64,000 nucleotides of DNA. Source: Minutocellus sp. GHC0000111. Lineage: Eukaryota. The position numbers and the translations under genes are program-made. This document shows, one piece after another, positions 47,172 to 59,549 of the stretch. The notes under the pieces are model-generated. The model was not told the DNA's origin. It saw nothing but the letters and a program-made list of their open reading frames with translations, and did not search any database. Numbering within the stretch: position 1 is the first letter of the stretch; each line of letters opens with the position of its first letter. The stretch lies in the NCBI GenBank assembly GCA_977018835.1, contig OZ361258.1, forward strand, positions 4,588,001-4,652,000. The letters run 5' to 3'.

Positions 47172-47879
47172 GTAGAAGAGTGATATTGTGATAAAACAAG
47201 CGCTTAAACTTTATTTAGATGCTAGATGTGCTAAGAAACATTGATGAGTGGTGGTGGTTTTCTGCCTTGATGCTGCATGGGCGGGGCCATTGTATCACGG
47301 TGCGGTCGGTCATTGTTGTGCATAAATAATTCGACGTCGAACAGACCGTCCTGGCCGAAGTTTACCCATAGCCGGCACGAAAGATGACGGATCTTGCAAG
47401 TGATGACACGAATAGAGACCAGAAACGAAAAGCCTTTCATTCCAGCCGCCAACCTGTTTGATCATCAAAGATATTATCACCATCGGCATAGGCTCTCTTG
47501 CACGATCCTCGCACGATGTGATACATCAGCCCTCTCTAGAAAGCATGAATGAATACGGTATCGCATGAGAAAGATAAAATGGCCCGCTGCCCAAAGTAGA
47601 GATGTGGCGCCTCATTATCGCTGTGCTTTCATTCACAATTTGTGATCAAGAGATATTCGAAAGGGTATTTGCATCTGTATCGACGGTTCAATCCTCTGGT
47701 CTCTAATTCTGCTGTTGTGTAAGTGGATCGATACACAGCTATTGGTATGTGTTTGTCTCTTGGTGTGCGCCTAATGCTTACTGTCATGTCAAAGAAAACT
47801 ATGTCCATTCGACATGCAATACCTTAGGTAGCCTCTTATCTGACATGAGCACTTATCTTTCCTTACTTCAGAACAAATC

Positions 47880-49261
47880 ATGAAGCTTCCACTCTTTTTC
47901 CTTCTATCCATAATGCTCGTCATCAGTGTCCTTGGCGGCGTTTGTGAAAGTGACGATTTCAGTGGCTGTGAGAATGGTGGGGACTGTACCAGGAAGTTCA
48001 CTGGAGATACGTGCAAGTAAGTGTCATTTGAGTCGTCTCCGAATGATACGCAAATGGTTGCTAACTCTTCTTTTGTGGCTCATAATTTCAACTCAAATTA
48101 CACACATGCGACCTTCTGCTCGTCTGGAACCTAATGCTCATCAGGGATTGCTGCGACGAAGTAGCCCCTTATCCTAGGAGGGGCTTGTGTAAGGACCGGT
48201 GCAACGATGGAGACGACGATTACGACGACAAGTGCAGCGGTGACAGTAACCAGGATTTTCTTGACGATCTCAATGATTGTTTGGATAGCGAAAGTGATGA
48301 CGGTGACGGTCTTGAGTGTTACGAGTTCGAGTAAGTATTATTTCATATTGCCGGATTTGTGCTATGTTGGTGAGAGTTCGTACCTACTTACTAGCAGGGC
48401 CACACCTCACCTTATTTTCTTTATTGTTCATTCCTTGTACACATAGGCGTTGCTGCGAACGGGCATGCGAAGACGCCGAGCCCGGATGTGGCGGCGCCTC
48501 CCCCAGATCTTGCAGAGATAGATGCGAATACAGGCGTTGCCGCGACGTATGTGATAGTAGTGATGGAGATGACGACGATGACGACGATGACGACGATTCC
48601 AGCACTACCTTTTTGTCCAGCGATCAGACCCACAAGTGCAGCAACAAGAATAGCGAGGATTCTTGCGAGTAAGTAGCGTCAAAAGACTATCGCATACATG
48701 TATATTTTTTCTTTTCTTGTCTTTTTATTCATTTTCTCATTATCTCGTGAATCTTTCACATAACCACCCATGTCTTTGTTTTCTTCGATAATAGGAAATG
48801 CTGCGAGAACAAATGCTCCAACAAGAGTAACTCCGATGATCAGCTAGACTCCTGCAAGGATCGTTGCATTGATGAAGCTGACTGCAGTGAGGCCTCTAGC
48901 TCTAGCGAAAGTGGAGGAGGAAGCTGCTCTGATAAGATTCGCGACTGCTGCCATTGCTTGGAGGATGAATGCAGTATGGAAAGTGGTGATAGTGCAGACA
49001 AGGTACGTGAATGGAGTTTACTTGTCCGCAAACCTACCCACTGGTTTGAACGCCTTTCCATTTGATCGCATGTGTATTTGTCATCTCATTTAATGTTATG
49101 CCCCTCCCTTCAACTATTCATTCTCGATACTTCAGCACGACAAGGAATGCATCAAGGACGAATGCAAGAATAAATACTGCAAGGATGCTGGGAAATGCAA
49201 GTATGGGGATAAAGACGATTGGAAGAAGGTCGTTGACAGGAAGTGCAACGTTGAGTGGTAA
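47880..49261 (+). CDS. Secreted Cys/Asp-rich repeat protein; exons 47880-48016, 48145-48330, 48447-48668, 48795-49002, 49136-49261
   Basis: MKLPLFFLLSIMLVISVLG signal. Four GT-AG introns keep one open frame. Recurring xCC and CxDRC. Confidence 0.75.
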
Positions 49262-49495
49262 AAACTGGTTGTGCAGCTTTCATCGCGTATTTTAGGAATT
49301 TTAGAAAGAAGACCAAGGGTCAGGCGCCCCAAGCTCCAACAAAAACAGCACCGGCATCAGCTGATTCATATTTAGAGTAGCAACCTTGCCTCTTAAAAAC
49401 CAGAAAGATGGAAAAACAACATAAAAATGCATGCAAGTTAGCGCCTTGCTCAGAATGGCTTTAGCTTGAAATTTTCCATTCAAAGTTGTTTGTTA

Positions 49496-50485
49496 CTACT
49501 TCTCGTCACCTCCATCTTCATTCTTCTTCTCCTCACCTCCTTCCTCGTCACCTTCAATATCCTCAACATGTACCTCACCAACCGAATCCTCTAAAACCTT
49601 GGTCACGGCGTTGGACAGCACATTCTTCGCCACGCATCCAACGATGGTATCGATCAGCTCTCCGCCATAGAACAATTGAATAGTCGGGATGCTCACAACG
49701 CCCGCCTCTGCAGCTATTTCCGCAAAGTCATCGGTACAAACTTCCACAACATCAATTCTACCGGCAAAGTCTTTCATCACACCCTTTACTACGGGGTTAG
49801 ACTGCAAGAGAGTAGTTGAGGCACATGGAAGAGGAAGGTGGAAGTGAGATATTGAAGTTGGAAAGGTAGTATCGAAACCCGATAGGGCCACCAGTCAAAC
49901 CAATAATTCCAACATTTACACTGGCGCTATCAAACAACGTACCAATCTGCAAGGCCCGCACCATGGCGCCGAGTAAAAGACGAGCACCGGCCGTTCGGTA
50001 AGGTCCGGCGACAGCACATCCGCCTCGAACTGTTCGGTTGTCAAAATCTCCTTCCCGCCCGACTTGGCGATCATGGACAAGGCCAATGCCGAGTTTGCAT
50101 CAAAACTCTTTCTTGTTACAACGTATCGTCTCCTGCTCCCAGATCTTTGAGTTATAAACGAAGTAGCACCGATTTCCCGTCCTCCAAAGGCTCCTCCGCC
50201 ATGATTTATGCCACGATTTATCATCCGACCCCGTCCGCTGCTGGATGTGTTCATTCTACCGTTCGTGGAAAAGGCCATAACTGACGCCGGTCCTAGCGAA
50301 GTGTTCGCTGGGAAAAATGACGAGGTGGCCAGAGCGACGGCTGATACAAGGGCGGCAGTCCGACGCGCAACGTTGGAGGTTGCTCCCGACGAGGTGCCGG
50401 AAGCGGCAGCGGCAGCCGAGGCTGGCATTGCCGTCACATGGTGTCCGGGTCGGTCGGCGCTTTTGCAGGAATATGATGAAACCAT
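49496..50485 (-). CDS. Thioredoxin, probably plastid-targeted; intron 49942-49802; start uncertain
   Basis: PVLVFYSAPWCGPCRL|SNPVVK..GVVSIPTIQLF.GGE..DTIVG. Confidence 0.9.
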
Positions 50486-50972
50486 GCTGATCAGTTGTAT
50501 TGTAAAAATAAGTGTGCAAATATAGAAAGGGTGTGGGCACGAGCGTATCCTCCGGCGCGTCTGGAAAGGACTGACGAATGCGATGCGGCTCGCACTTCTT
50601 GCTTGACACCAATGAGTGACGTGTGAGTTGCTGTCAGGCAGGTCGATCAACTGTGAAGGAAGGTGGAAAAAAATACTGGACCGCACTCGTATCAGCGCAG
50701 ACAGATACAGCAAGGAAGAGCTTTCTATTGTGAGGTTGTATGCTTCGCTGCCGTATCTTTGCAGCTGACAACACAAGAGATATTATGCCCTGATACTTTC
50801 TTCCAGCCTCTCTGATCGAACAGCGACGAACTTTCGATCTCATTCAGCGGGTGATGGACAGACCGAATCATCGACGATGACTCACACTCGTGACCAACTC
50901 GACTCAAAGATGCGCCCCTTCTTCAACTCTGACGTTCGAAGGCAACATTTCCTTCCTCCATCGAAAGCTACC

Positions 50973-51422
50973 ATGAAGCTCGCCCTCTCTGTCCTTGCCC
51001 TCGCCGCTACCGCCTCGGCCTTCGCCCCGGCCTCCATTGCTTCCAGAGGACTCACCTCCTCGGTCGCTACCGCCACTCCCACCCAGCTCTTCTCCGAGCC
51101 TGAGGATGACGACGAGGAGGGTCTCGACCTCAACCTCGAGAAGATGTTCGACATGTACGTCTAGCTACCGGTTGGTCCTTGTGCCTGGATTGATGATGTG
51201 CTGCTTTGTGGCTGCCTGAAAATCCCCATTTTTCATTGGTCCAACTCTGATCGTGTCATCAGATGACATGTTGTGCATTTTATGACCTCACTCATTCATG
51301 TTGCAATGTGCTCTTTCTTTTCACGATCGATGATGCTGGACGCGATGTGATGTGTCAGGTTCGATGCTGCCGATAAGGGACAGGACTTTGACGATGCCGT
51401 CAAGAAGATCAAGAACGATTAA
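50973..51422 (+). CDS. Small acidic plastid-targeted protein; intron 51155-51358
   Basis: MKLALSVLALAATASAFAP presequence. The mature part is EPEDDDEEGLDLNLEKMFDMFDAADKGQDFDDAVKKIKND. Confidence 0.8.
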
Positions 51423-51893
51423 ATAAGCAGGGTGAATTCTGGCGCGGTGTTGCTGAAAATATGGTGTTTGAGTAGATGAAAATGTTGAATCGGATAGGGC
51501 GAATGAACGGGTTGATTGATGATTTGGCTCTGTCCGATACCGAAAAGATTTCGTCTCTGTCACCACACACATTTGACGCAAGTGTCGCGAGAGATTCACA
51601 TTGTTACATAAATCGAAATTGATTGGCATAAAAATAGACTTGGCATTTGTTTGTATTAGTAGTGTGCAAGATTGCAAAGGGGAGGGCGTATTATCGTATG
51701 ATTTATGCAATATCGCTGCTTATTCAATGTTCGCCGGTCTCTAGTCTGTACTGTAGTACCTTCACAAACTTCCAGTTATTGCCACCACACAGCTTCTTTT
51801 GGATGTTTCCAATATACACTCAAAGCTTTTGCTGCACAAAGCCAGAGTCCTCACTCCATTCAGTTTTTGGTCATCAATTCAATTCATACTTCC

Positions 51894-52367
51894 TCACAAA
51901 TCAACCGGAGGCAGACTTTCCAATGGAATCAGGTCCCTCGATCCCAGCATGAGTGGCACCAAGAACAGCACGGGTACCAGCGAAATGATAATATAGAGAA
52001 TCACCCGCGTCTGCTTGGGATCCGACAGGTCCGGGTTGAGCGCCTCCTCCAGATCCATGCTTTCTCCCTGACTCAGGAACGGAGCTGCCGTCGTTGCACC
52101 TGCTGCTGCTGGCTTGTCGTCTTCGTCGTCATCGGCCAGCTCGACCACGCCGCTGCTTCCGCTTCCGTCGGTATCATCTCCCGCCATGAACAGACTGGAT
52201 TGTTCTTGGCGCAGAATATTTCGTGTTGCGAGGATTGCTGTTGCTGACTTGCTGCAGCCAACTTGTGAGGATGGGAAGGTGAATGCGTCGGTGGTCGAAA
52301 GGAGGAGGGCGCTGGTGGCCAAGACGCCAAACAAAAGATACGATGATGATAATGATATGCGATTCAT
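51894..52367 (-). CDS. Small plastid-targeted single-TM protein
   Basis: Signal + TDAF; acidic linker; RVILYIIISLVPVLFLVPLML. Confidence 0.75.
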   Translation of the reverse strand: MNRISLSSSYLLFGVLATSALLLSTTDAFTFPSSQVGCSKSATAILATRNILRQEQSSLFMAGDDTDGSGSSGVVELADDDEDDKPAAAGATTAAPFLSQGESMDLEEALNPDLSDPKQTRVILYIIISLVPVLFLVPLMLGSRDLIPLESLPPVDL

Positions 52368-52408
52368 TCTGATTTTTTTCTCTTGTATCCAAATGTAGCT
52401 GTATGCTG

Positions 52409-52428
52409 TACCTAGGAATTCCTAGGTA
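52409..52428. repeat. Perfect 20-bp palindrome TACCTAGGAATTCCTAGGTA
   Basis: Read directly; the core TAGGAATTCCT recurs at 5251, 10252 and 12186. Confidence 0.9.
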
Positions 52429-52878
52429 TTGTATCGTCCCTTTACTTGACGCTTTGCTTTGCCCTCTCGATCTCCTCTTGCCTTGCCTTTCTGCTTTCTG
52501 CTTTTGCTCCAGAGCGACGTCAGTCCATTTTCTGGGGGAGCACTAAATCCTCAACTCTACTCACGAGCCGGCCGGCCTTCGGTGCACCCTCCCTCATTTT
52601 TCTTCTTGTCCTGACGAGAGCCAGCATGAACATTAGAAGGTGAATGCTTCCAGCACGTACCTTCAACTTCGCAGACTTGTAGCTTGACTGAAGAGGAAGT
52701 CGGCATTCCGCCATCTCGATCATTGTTTGGAGTTGTCCTGGTTGGTACTCGGTTCGCGGGGGAAGAAAAGCGAGCTGTGGTGAAAACCAGCACATGCTAA
52801 CGAGTTGCTGCTTCAGAAAATTGAAAGTAGCCCAGCCAGGCAGCCAAGCGAAGAATTGGAATACTGTAGAGAACAATC

Positions 52879-55807
52879 ATGTCGGAGGTCACACCCAACG
52901 CCACTTCTAGTCCTCAAATGGAGATGGAAATGGAGCCGGAGCCGGTTCCGGTGCCGGATCTGCCAGAGGGAGACGATACGCTCTTTGACTTTCAGCCCGA
53001 CGATGATTCCAGCGACGACGACAGCGACGAGGACGACTCCCTCCTGCACGACGACAGCACCCTCCTCGGGACCAGCGGGGAGGAGGCCTCGGAACTCACG
53101 CTGGAAACCCGCGAGGAACGCGCGTACGCCGAATCGATCGCCCGGGCCCAGCGCAAGATGAAGCAGGACGATTACGGCACGATCCATCCCGGCATCGGGG
53201 CCGGTTGGCCCAAGAAGAGTCTGCTCGAGGCGAGCGGGAGCAGCGGCAGCAAGAGCAACAGCAAGCAGACGCAGACGCAGAGACAGGTTTTGGGATCGGC
53301 CGCAGCTACCACTGGTGCCAGGACGGAGCAGAGTGCTGCTGTGCTCAAGACGGCCCGGGCCAACGCCGTTTCGAGGCGGGATCTCACCGTGCGAAAGCTC
53401 CATCAGGCCCGACGCAACAAGCGGATGCAGCAGCAGCAAATACAGCAAGAACAGGTTCAGCAGAATCTGTCGACGCCACGAACTCCCCGGAAGACGCTCA
53501 AGTTGGGACTGTCCGCCGCGGTGGAATCTCCAGGCACACCCGGCACGCCCAACACGCTCAACACGACCCTGAGCTCAATGGCATCGCCTTTGAGTCGGAG
53601 TGCAGGCGGACGTATGACCCCCACGAGAAGGTTGCGCAGTAGCAGTCCAAGTCCAAGTCTTAGTCCAAGTGGCGTTGGTCTCTACCACCGTCCACCGGTA
53701 TCCCCACCCCCACCGACCGCCCGGGCCTACAATCGATTCTTCCCACCCAAAATGGTCGAAACGCACAACGTCGAGGGGACCGATTCGGCCGTATGCGTCG
53801 AACCGGATGCCGTGACGGGGGAGGTGGAGCTGCACATTGAGGAGAAGATCTTCATGACCGACCCCGTCGCTGCGTCCGAGGCGGCCACAACCTCGCAGGA
53901 ATTGTTCGGTGCCAGCAAGTGGGATCAGATTGCCGAGATGGCCAAGAAGGAGCTGGAGGAGAAGGACAGCAACGTTGTTGCCGGGGAGGAGTGCATGAAC
54001 CTTTCGATGGTCATGTCCGATGATCGATCGGTGTTCAGCCAAAAGAGCCTGCCCAGTGTTTTGGGGAATGAATCCATCTTTCATGATACGGCCGTCCAGG
54101 CTGTAGCATCGCTTTTTTCACTGCCCAATTATGGCAGCCCTGGTCGAAGAAGTAGCTACGAGGCAGCCACCGCCGCCATCCCCGAGGGGGTGTCCGTCGA
54201 TGCCGACGAGGAGACCGGATCGGCAATCTCGGACCTGTCGGGATTTTCCACGTATTCGGCTGCCAACAATACTCGTGGTATGTTTGAGGCAACGCTCGAG
54301 GCGACGCCTGAAATGGGAGGCAAGGAAGGTGGTGACGACACGGAGGAGGACGAAATGAGCGTCCAATCCTTCATCACGGGACAGCTCGAGGACTTTGTTC
54401 AGAGCATTCCCGATCAGATGATTACTCCCACGCGTCAACTGTTGGATATGATTGCCGCCATCCATAGCAACGGTGAGGAGGAGGAAATGCCGATGACGAC
54501 CGCCGCTACCCGCAGCCTCATGACGAGACGGATGAATGCCTGCGGCACGCTCAAGCTGCTGGCATCCAAAGCGGCCAACCGCACTCAGTTGGCTTGGACC
54601 GGTGGCATCCTGGCGGCATTGACGTCGGTATTGGCCGATTCGCCCTTCAACTACGTCGACAAGGCCACGTACAATTCCTATATGGTGGCTCGCGAACGAG
54701 CCGTGTCGGCTCTGGTTTGTCTCAGCGCCGAGAAGGACAATCGCATCCTCCTCTTACATTCGCCGGGACTGGTCCACTCACTCATCAAAACCATTGATGA
54801 GGACGACCGTGAATGCCGATTGGGGTGCTGCGTCGTTCTGAAGAATCTTAGTATGGCCGTGGAAAACCGACGGCTCATGACGCAGATACCAGGTCTGATC
54901 GATGCGCTGCTGGAGGTGATTACTGGTGGGAACAAGGATCTCATCACGGCAGAACTATACGATAGCAGCCCCAATGAAAACCTCCATGCCGCGCTTGCGA
55001 ACGCCTTTGCCGTGTTTATGAATCTCACCAAGGAGCGCGAGAATGCGGTAAGTCCTTTTGGCGCAACGCAATGTTCTTTTTTCCTATACTTATTGCAGGT
55101 ATTTTTTTCTCATAATCCCCATTCTTTCCATCTGCCTTCTCTTCCTATAGCACCGACTTGTGAGAAACAAAGAACTTGTTGAAGTGCTGGTATCGGTATC
55201 CAAGCTGCAGAATTCTCCTTCACATGCTCGGGCATTGGCTGTGTTGGTTCACTTCACTCGCTTCCGTGACAGTGCAAAGAGTCTTGTGTTTGATAATCGA
55301 TCGTTCATTTCCATCATTGCCAATGGTACCAGCACCCCCAACCTAATTGCACAGCGTAGTGCAGTTCGCTCGATCCAGAACATCTCGGCAAGTCGAAGCT
55401 GCCGGCCGCACATCCTTCCCAACACCTACGGCCTTGTTGAGAGGCTTTGTAAGATCGCCCAAGGGAAGATGTGCAAAGATCAGACTGAGGTTGGAGGTTC
55501 CGTGAGACATTCGGCTGTTGGAGCGTTGAAGAATCTTGCCGATGAACCCTCCAATCTCATGCCTATGCTGAAGGTATCCGACTGTTTGCAGACCCTTATC
55601 CATATTTCTCACGGCACGGTGGCAAAAGGGGTGACGCAGGCAATGTCACTTATGGCCAAGGATGCGCTAGCAAACTTCTCCGAATTCTACATGCGGATCG
55701 TAACGGAGGCAGCGCGGAAGAAGGAGGGCATCGAGGATCCGGATGAAGAACCCCAAACGGTGTGCGAGCCATCTGCCAAAACACTCATGTACAGCCAGTG
55801 GGAATAG
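52879..55807 (+). CDS. Armadillo-repeat protein with a disordered N-terminus; intron 55048-55150
   Basis: Repeated L.NLS/LKNLA..N helical motifs; GT-AG joins the two ORFs in frame. Confidence 0.8.
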
Positions 55808-55856
55808 TGCAAGTGAGCGAATCATAGATATAATACACCTAAATAAATTCATCTAT

Positions 55857-58800
55857 CTACAACAATACTTCTCTTGGGGAAGCCTCTGGCGCCCGAAAGA
55901 AACCAGGTCTGAAGAGGCAGGGCCTAAAGAGACTGGCTTTTGCGGCAGAGCACGATGCGATTGGACAGGAAGAGTCTTGACACTCTATTGCGTGGGCTCG
56001 AAGAATTGCGATGTATCGCCTGCAAGGTGAACAATTGGGACCTTCAGAACATACCATCCAATGGGCAGCATGTTCTTTCATCTCAGCACAGGCAGGATGC
56101 GCACATGCAGGGACGACGCAGTGTGCGGAATGAACAAGGGCAGATGGAAGTATCGCCTGGCAGATGAAGCAGAGAGATGGCAGTGGCGTCATACTACCCC
56201 TCTTCTCTCCTACCGTTGCATCGTCATTACAATCGTCATTACAATTGGCACAGCTCTTGATCGACGCGCATAGCGCAACGGGGCATCGGTTGATTTGGCA
56301 CTGCCGAGCATGAAGCCGAAATAGAGGCAGGATGAAGCGACAAGCTCGGCATCCTCTTGCAAATCCTATCTCACAGTTCTCAAGATGTTGAAGACGAAGC
56401 TTCATATCACCGCAGTGGACGGCGTTGCATTCCATATTCTGGCACGTTGCGGCGTGAAGGAAAATGTCGAGAGTGGGCTTCTCGCAGTCTTTGCAAAGCT
56501 GGATTGCCCCAACGGAGTCGAACTGCTCGAATGAGTCGTCGGTATCGATCGAGGACGGTACTTCACTTTTCGTCGAACTTTCATCTCTTGCCCCCAGCTG
56601 CTCGGCAAACCGAGCCCTCGGCGAAGAAAGAGAGCCGGATTCTCGGCGGCCACAACTTGCTGTCAAAAGAAGCGACGATGCGACCGATCCACGCAAAGAC
56701 TGGTGTCGTTTACGCAGAGGGCTGTACATCGATGGCTTCTTCGAATGCCTAGGGCCTGCAGAAGAAGGAATGGCTGGCCTGTTTGGGTTTACTGGTACCA
56801 ACGGGGAGGCAGTCCGTCGCTTCGATGATTTCGAATGAGCCAATGGCGGTGGAGTACCACTCCTGCCTACTGCTGCTGGCGTTTGGCCCTGTTGTTGAGG
56901 CTGGTTCTCCGGCTCCCTTGTCGCAATAGCTGCCGCTGGGAGAAGGGTACGGAGAAACTGGCGCATCGGCTGGCGCTGCTGCTGCTCGTATTCTTGATGC
57001 AGATCCTGCCCCTGCGCCGGCGACGTCTCAGGCGACTGTGGTCCCTCACCAAGCATCTCTTGGGGCGGAGGCAGAGCCACCAATCTTCTCTGATTGGGCG
57101 ATGGGGACATATCAGGCTTTCCCACCGCGGCTAGAGTATCGACATTCCGTTGCTGCTGATTTTCTGGCCTCTCGTGCTTCTCTACCAGGACTTGTCGATG
57201 CTCCCGCATCTGCTGATCCTGATCTTGACCTTTCCGGTCCTCCTTTTGCGTCCCAGCGCACGGCGGCTTCTCAACCAGTATTGGCTGTGACGGACCCAGC
57301 CAAGACGGTGGCTGTTCCTGTGCCGGGGGCTGAAGCAACTGTGGTTTCGATTTCTCAGCAGCCATCTGCTGCTGGTGCTGCTGCTGGTACTGGCGCAGTG
57401 CATTCGGAACAATAATCGGCTGCTGTTGCTGCTGCTGCCCCTCATCTACCGGCGAAGGCCTCTCCGGTACCGCGCCGCCCCTGTCACCGCCGCCACCACC
57501 ACCATTGCTCAATGCCGAGGAGGCGCCTTCATCCCTACGGCGCATAGAGGCGATAGCCAGCGCGGCGGCAGTGTCCTCCTTTTCACCTTGCATGACCTCC
57601 CCCAACGGTTGGCACAGCCAACACGCCTCGTTCCGGCACCGATCGGCGTGCTGCTGCAGGGCACGGTGAGTGCGGCAATGGGGATAGTCGCACGATGCCG
57701 CCGTGTACGTGGTGTTGTGTCGCAGCAGCTCCTTGTACCGGTCGCAGTAGTCGACGGGACACGCGGTGGCGGGTGGTTCGACGCGGCAATGGCGAGCGTG
57801 ATGCAGGCCCAGCAACACCGACTGCCGATGGTGGAGGATGTCGACGGACCGGCTGTGCAGAGCATCGCCATGGACGGCCAACGTGGTCTCGAATTGGAGC
57901 TGCTCCTCGTCCCGGTCGCTGAGCATTTGGCGGAGGGCGGCGTTCTCGGAGAGGGTGGAATCGAGGCCTTGGGTGAGGGATCGGTACAGTTGTTCGTAGC
58001 GGGCCATCTCAATTACGCGTTCCTTCCGCTCCCTGGTCAGGGTCTGGAGCAGCGAGGTTTTGGTCGGACTGGTGGTGTTGACGGTACGCGTACCGGCGGG
58101 GTTGGTATTGCCATCATAACGACGCACCGCCGTTGGGTTGGTTTCCAGAGCAGCTGGTACGGGTGGAGCTGCGGCACTGGTATTATTGTCCGAAACGACA
58201 ATCATCATCCTATTATTGCTGCCATCACCCCGCGGAATACCACGGACGTTGGTAATATCAATCACCGGCAATGCAGGAGGTCGAGACGTACCAACGGATT
58301 GATGTTGTTGGGAAGATGATGATGACGACGGCGCCAACAGGGACGATTCTGCCAACAGGGACGATTCTTCCCAAGCCGACCGCTTCCGTTTCGACAGGAG
58401 CTTCTGGGCCGATGGGTTGAGATTGGTAAACTCAGAGGATGCGGCTGTTGCTATCGCTAATGCCGCTGCCTTCGTCTCATGGTATGCCCTGACCCCAACG
58501 ACGATGTGGTCTCGAGTAATCAATGGATGTTCTTGGCCGACGGCGCCGACTACGAAGTGAATCAGATCGTCGCCACAAAGGCGGAGGTCTTCGATAGCAC
58601 GCCGAGTAACCGACGCAATCTGAGCGGAAACGATATCCACCTCATCACCAGCCCCAGCTTCACCCCCGCCGGCACCACCTTGGCCTGAGCTGGACGTTTT
58701 GGTCTTGGCATTCTTCTTCTTGTTGCCGCCGCTGGGATCGGAATCGGTCGTCCTCTTCTTGTCCTTGCCCTTGCGGCCGCCACTAGTATGCTGATGATTG

Positions 58801-59102
58801 CTAGATCTAGTAGACGGCCGCGCCGCACCGCACTCGCCGCACTCTTCTGCCAGCAATCCGCACGCCGAGCAGTAGGCGCCAGCAGCAGCCGCGGCACTAT
58901 TCGAAGCCGCAATACTCGCAGCAGTAGCAGTGCCCGCAGCAGAGCCGTTGGCGTTGCGGTTGCCTCGGTTGGCTCGGGCGCCCTTGGTGGCGTTCATCCT
59001 CGCCTTCCTCTTCGCGAACGAGCGCTGCGTTCTCTTCCTCAACCACTGCGAGACCGAATTAGTACTGTGGGGCCTCTGCTTCTTCGACGATTTTGACGAC
59101 AT
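55857..59102 (-). CDS. Protein with three TAZ-type zinc fingers and Gln/Pro-rich regions
   Basis: HARHC..CP..YC..K.LL.H; HAATC..C...HC..MK..LQH..C; HSAHC..C..PAC..MK.HAAH..C..HA..C...CPI..C. Confidence 0.8.
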   Translation of the reverse strand: MSSKSSKKQRPHSTNSVSQWLRKRTQRSFAKRKARMNATKGARANRGNRNANGSAAGTATAASIAASNSAAAAAGAYCSACGLLAEECGECGAARPSTRSSNHQHTSGGRKGKDKKRTTDSDPSGGNKKKNAKTKTSSSGQGGAGGGEAGAGDEVDIVSAQIASVTRRAIEDLRLCGDDLIHFVVGAVGQEHPLITRDHIVVGVRAYHETKAAALAIATAASSEFTNLNPSAQKLLSKRKRSAWEESSLLAESSLLAPSSSSSSQQHQSVGTSRPPALPVIDITNVRGIPRGDGSNNRMMIVVSDNNTSAAAPPVPAALETNPTAVRRYDGNTNPAGTRTVNTTSPTKTSLLQTLTRERKERVIEMARYEQLYRSLTQGLDSTLSENAALRQMLSDRDEEQLQFETTLAVHGDALHSRSVDILHHRQSVLLGLHHARHCRVEPPATACPVDYCDRYKELLRHNTTYTAASCDYPHCRTHRALQQHADRCRNEACWLCQPLGEVMQGEKEDTAAALAIASMRRRDEGASSALSNGGGGGGDRGGAVPERPSPVDEGQQQQQQPIIVPNALRQYQQQHQQQMAAEKSKPQLLQPPAQEQPPSWLGPSQPILVEKPPCAGTQKEDRKGQDQDQQMREHRQVLVEKHERPENQQQRNVDTLAAVGKPDMSPSPNQRRLVALPPPQEMLGEGPQSPETSPAQGQDLHQEYEQQQRQPMRQFLRTLLPAAAIATREPENQPQQQGQTPAAVGRSGTPPPLAHSKSSKRRTASPLVPVNPNRPAIPSSAGPRHSKKPSMYSPLRKRHQSLRGSVASSLLLTASCGRRESGSLSSPRARFAEQLGARDESSTKSEVPSSIDTDDSFEQFDSVGAIQLCKDCEKPTLDIFLHAATCQNMECNAVHCGDMKLRLQHLENCEIGFARGCRACRFILPLFRLHARQCQINRCPVALCASIKSCANCNDDCNDDATVGEKRGSMTPLPSLCFICQAILPSALVHSAHCVVPACAHPACAEMKEHAAHWMVCSEGPNCSPCRRYIAILRAHAIECQDSSCPIASCSAAKASLFRPCLFRPGFFRAPEASPREVLL

Positions 59103-59549
59103 CCGATGGCAACGAACTGAAGAACGCACTGTGCTCGTTTTTTTTTTCGCGAAAGCTGAGGGCTGCAGGGCGAAACAGAAAAGGCAACCGAAAATCCGCA
59201 ACGTCGCCTGAGAAAAAAAGGGATGCTGCTATGAAGCCGAAAGCCGAATTTCCGTCGCAATATCAATTCTGAGTAGGAACAGTTAAGACGTACAGGCAAT
59301 GGGTCCATACTGTAGTCGGTAACCTTGCAAGTGCGTTTCATTTTGGAATTCCAAAAGTCAAGCCCTTGCAGTTTTGTTTTTCTCATCTATTCGCTGCCAT
59401 GCTGCTGATCATTCCACACACAGCTCAAATCCGCAAATCCTGGCGCAATTTGTGCCCCTCCTACCCCCAAGTCCAGGCCAAGGCCGGAAAGATAACGTCG
59501 GCGGCGGATAGGAATCCCATCTTCGGCCGCCGTGCCTTCCTTTGACCTT

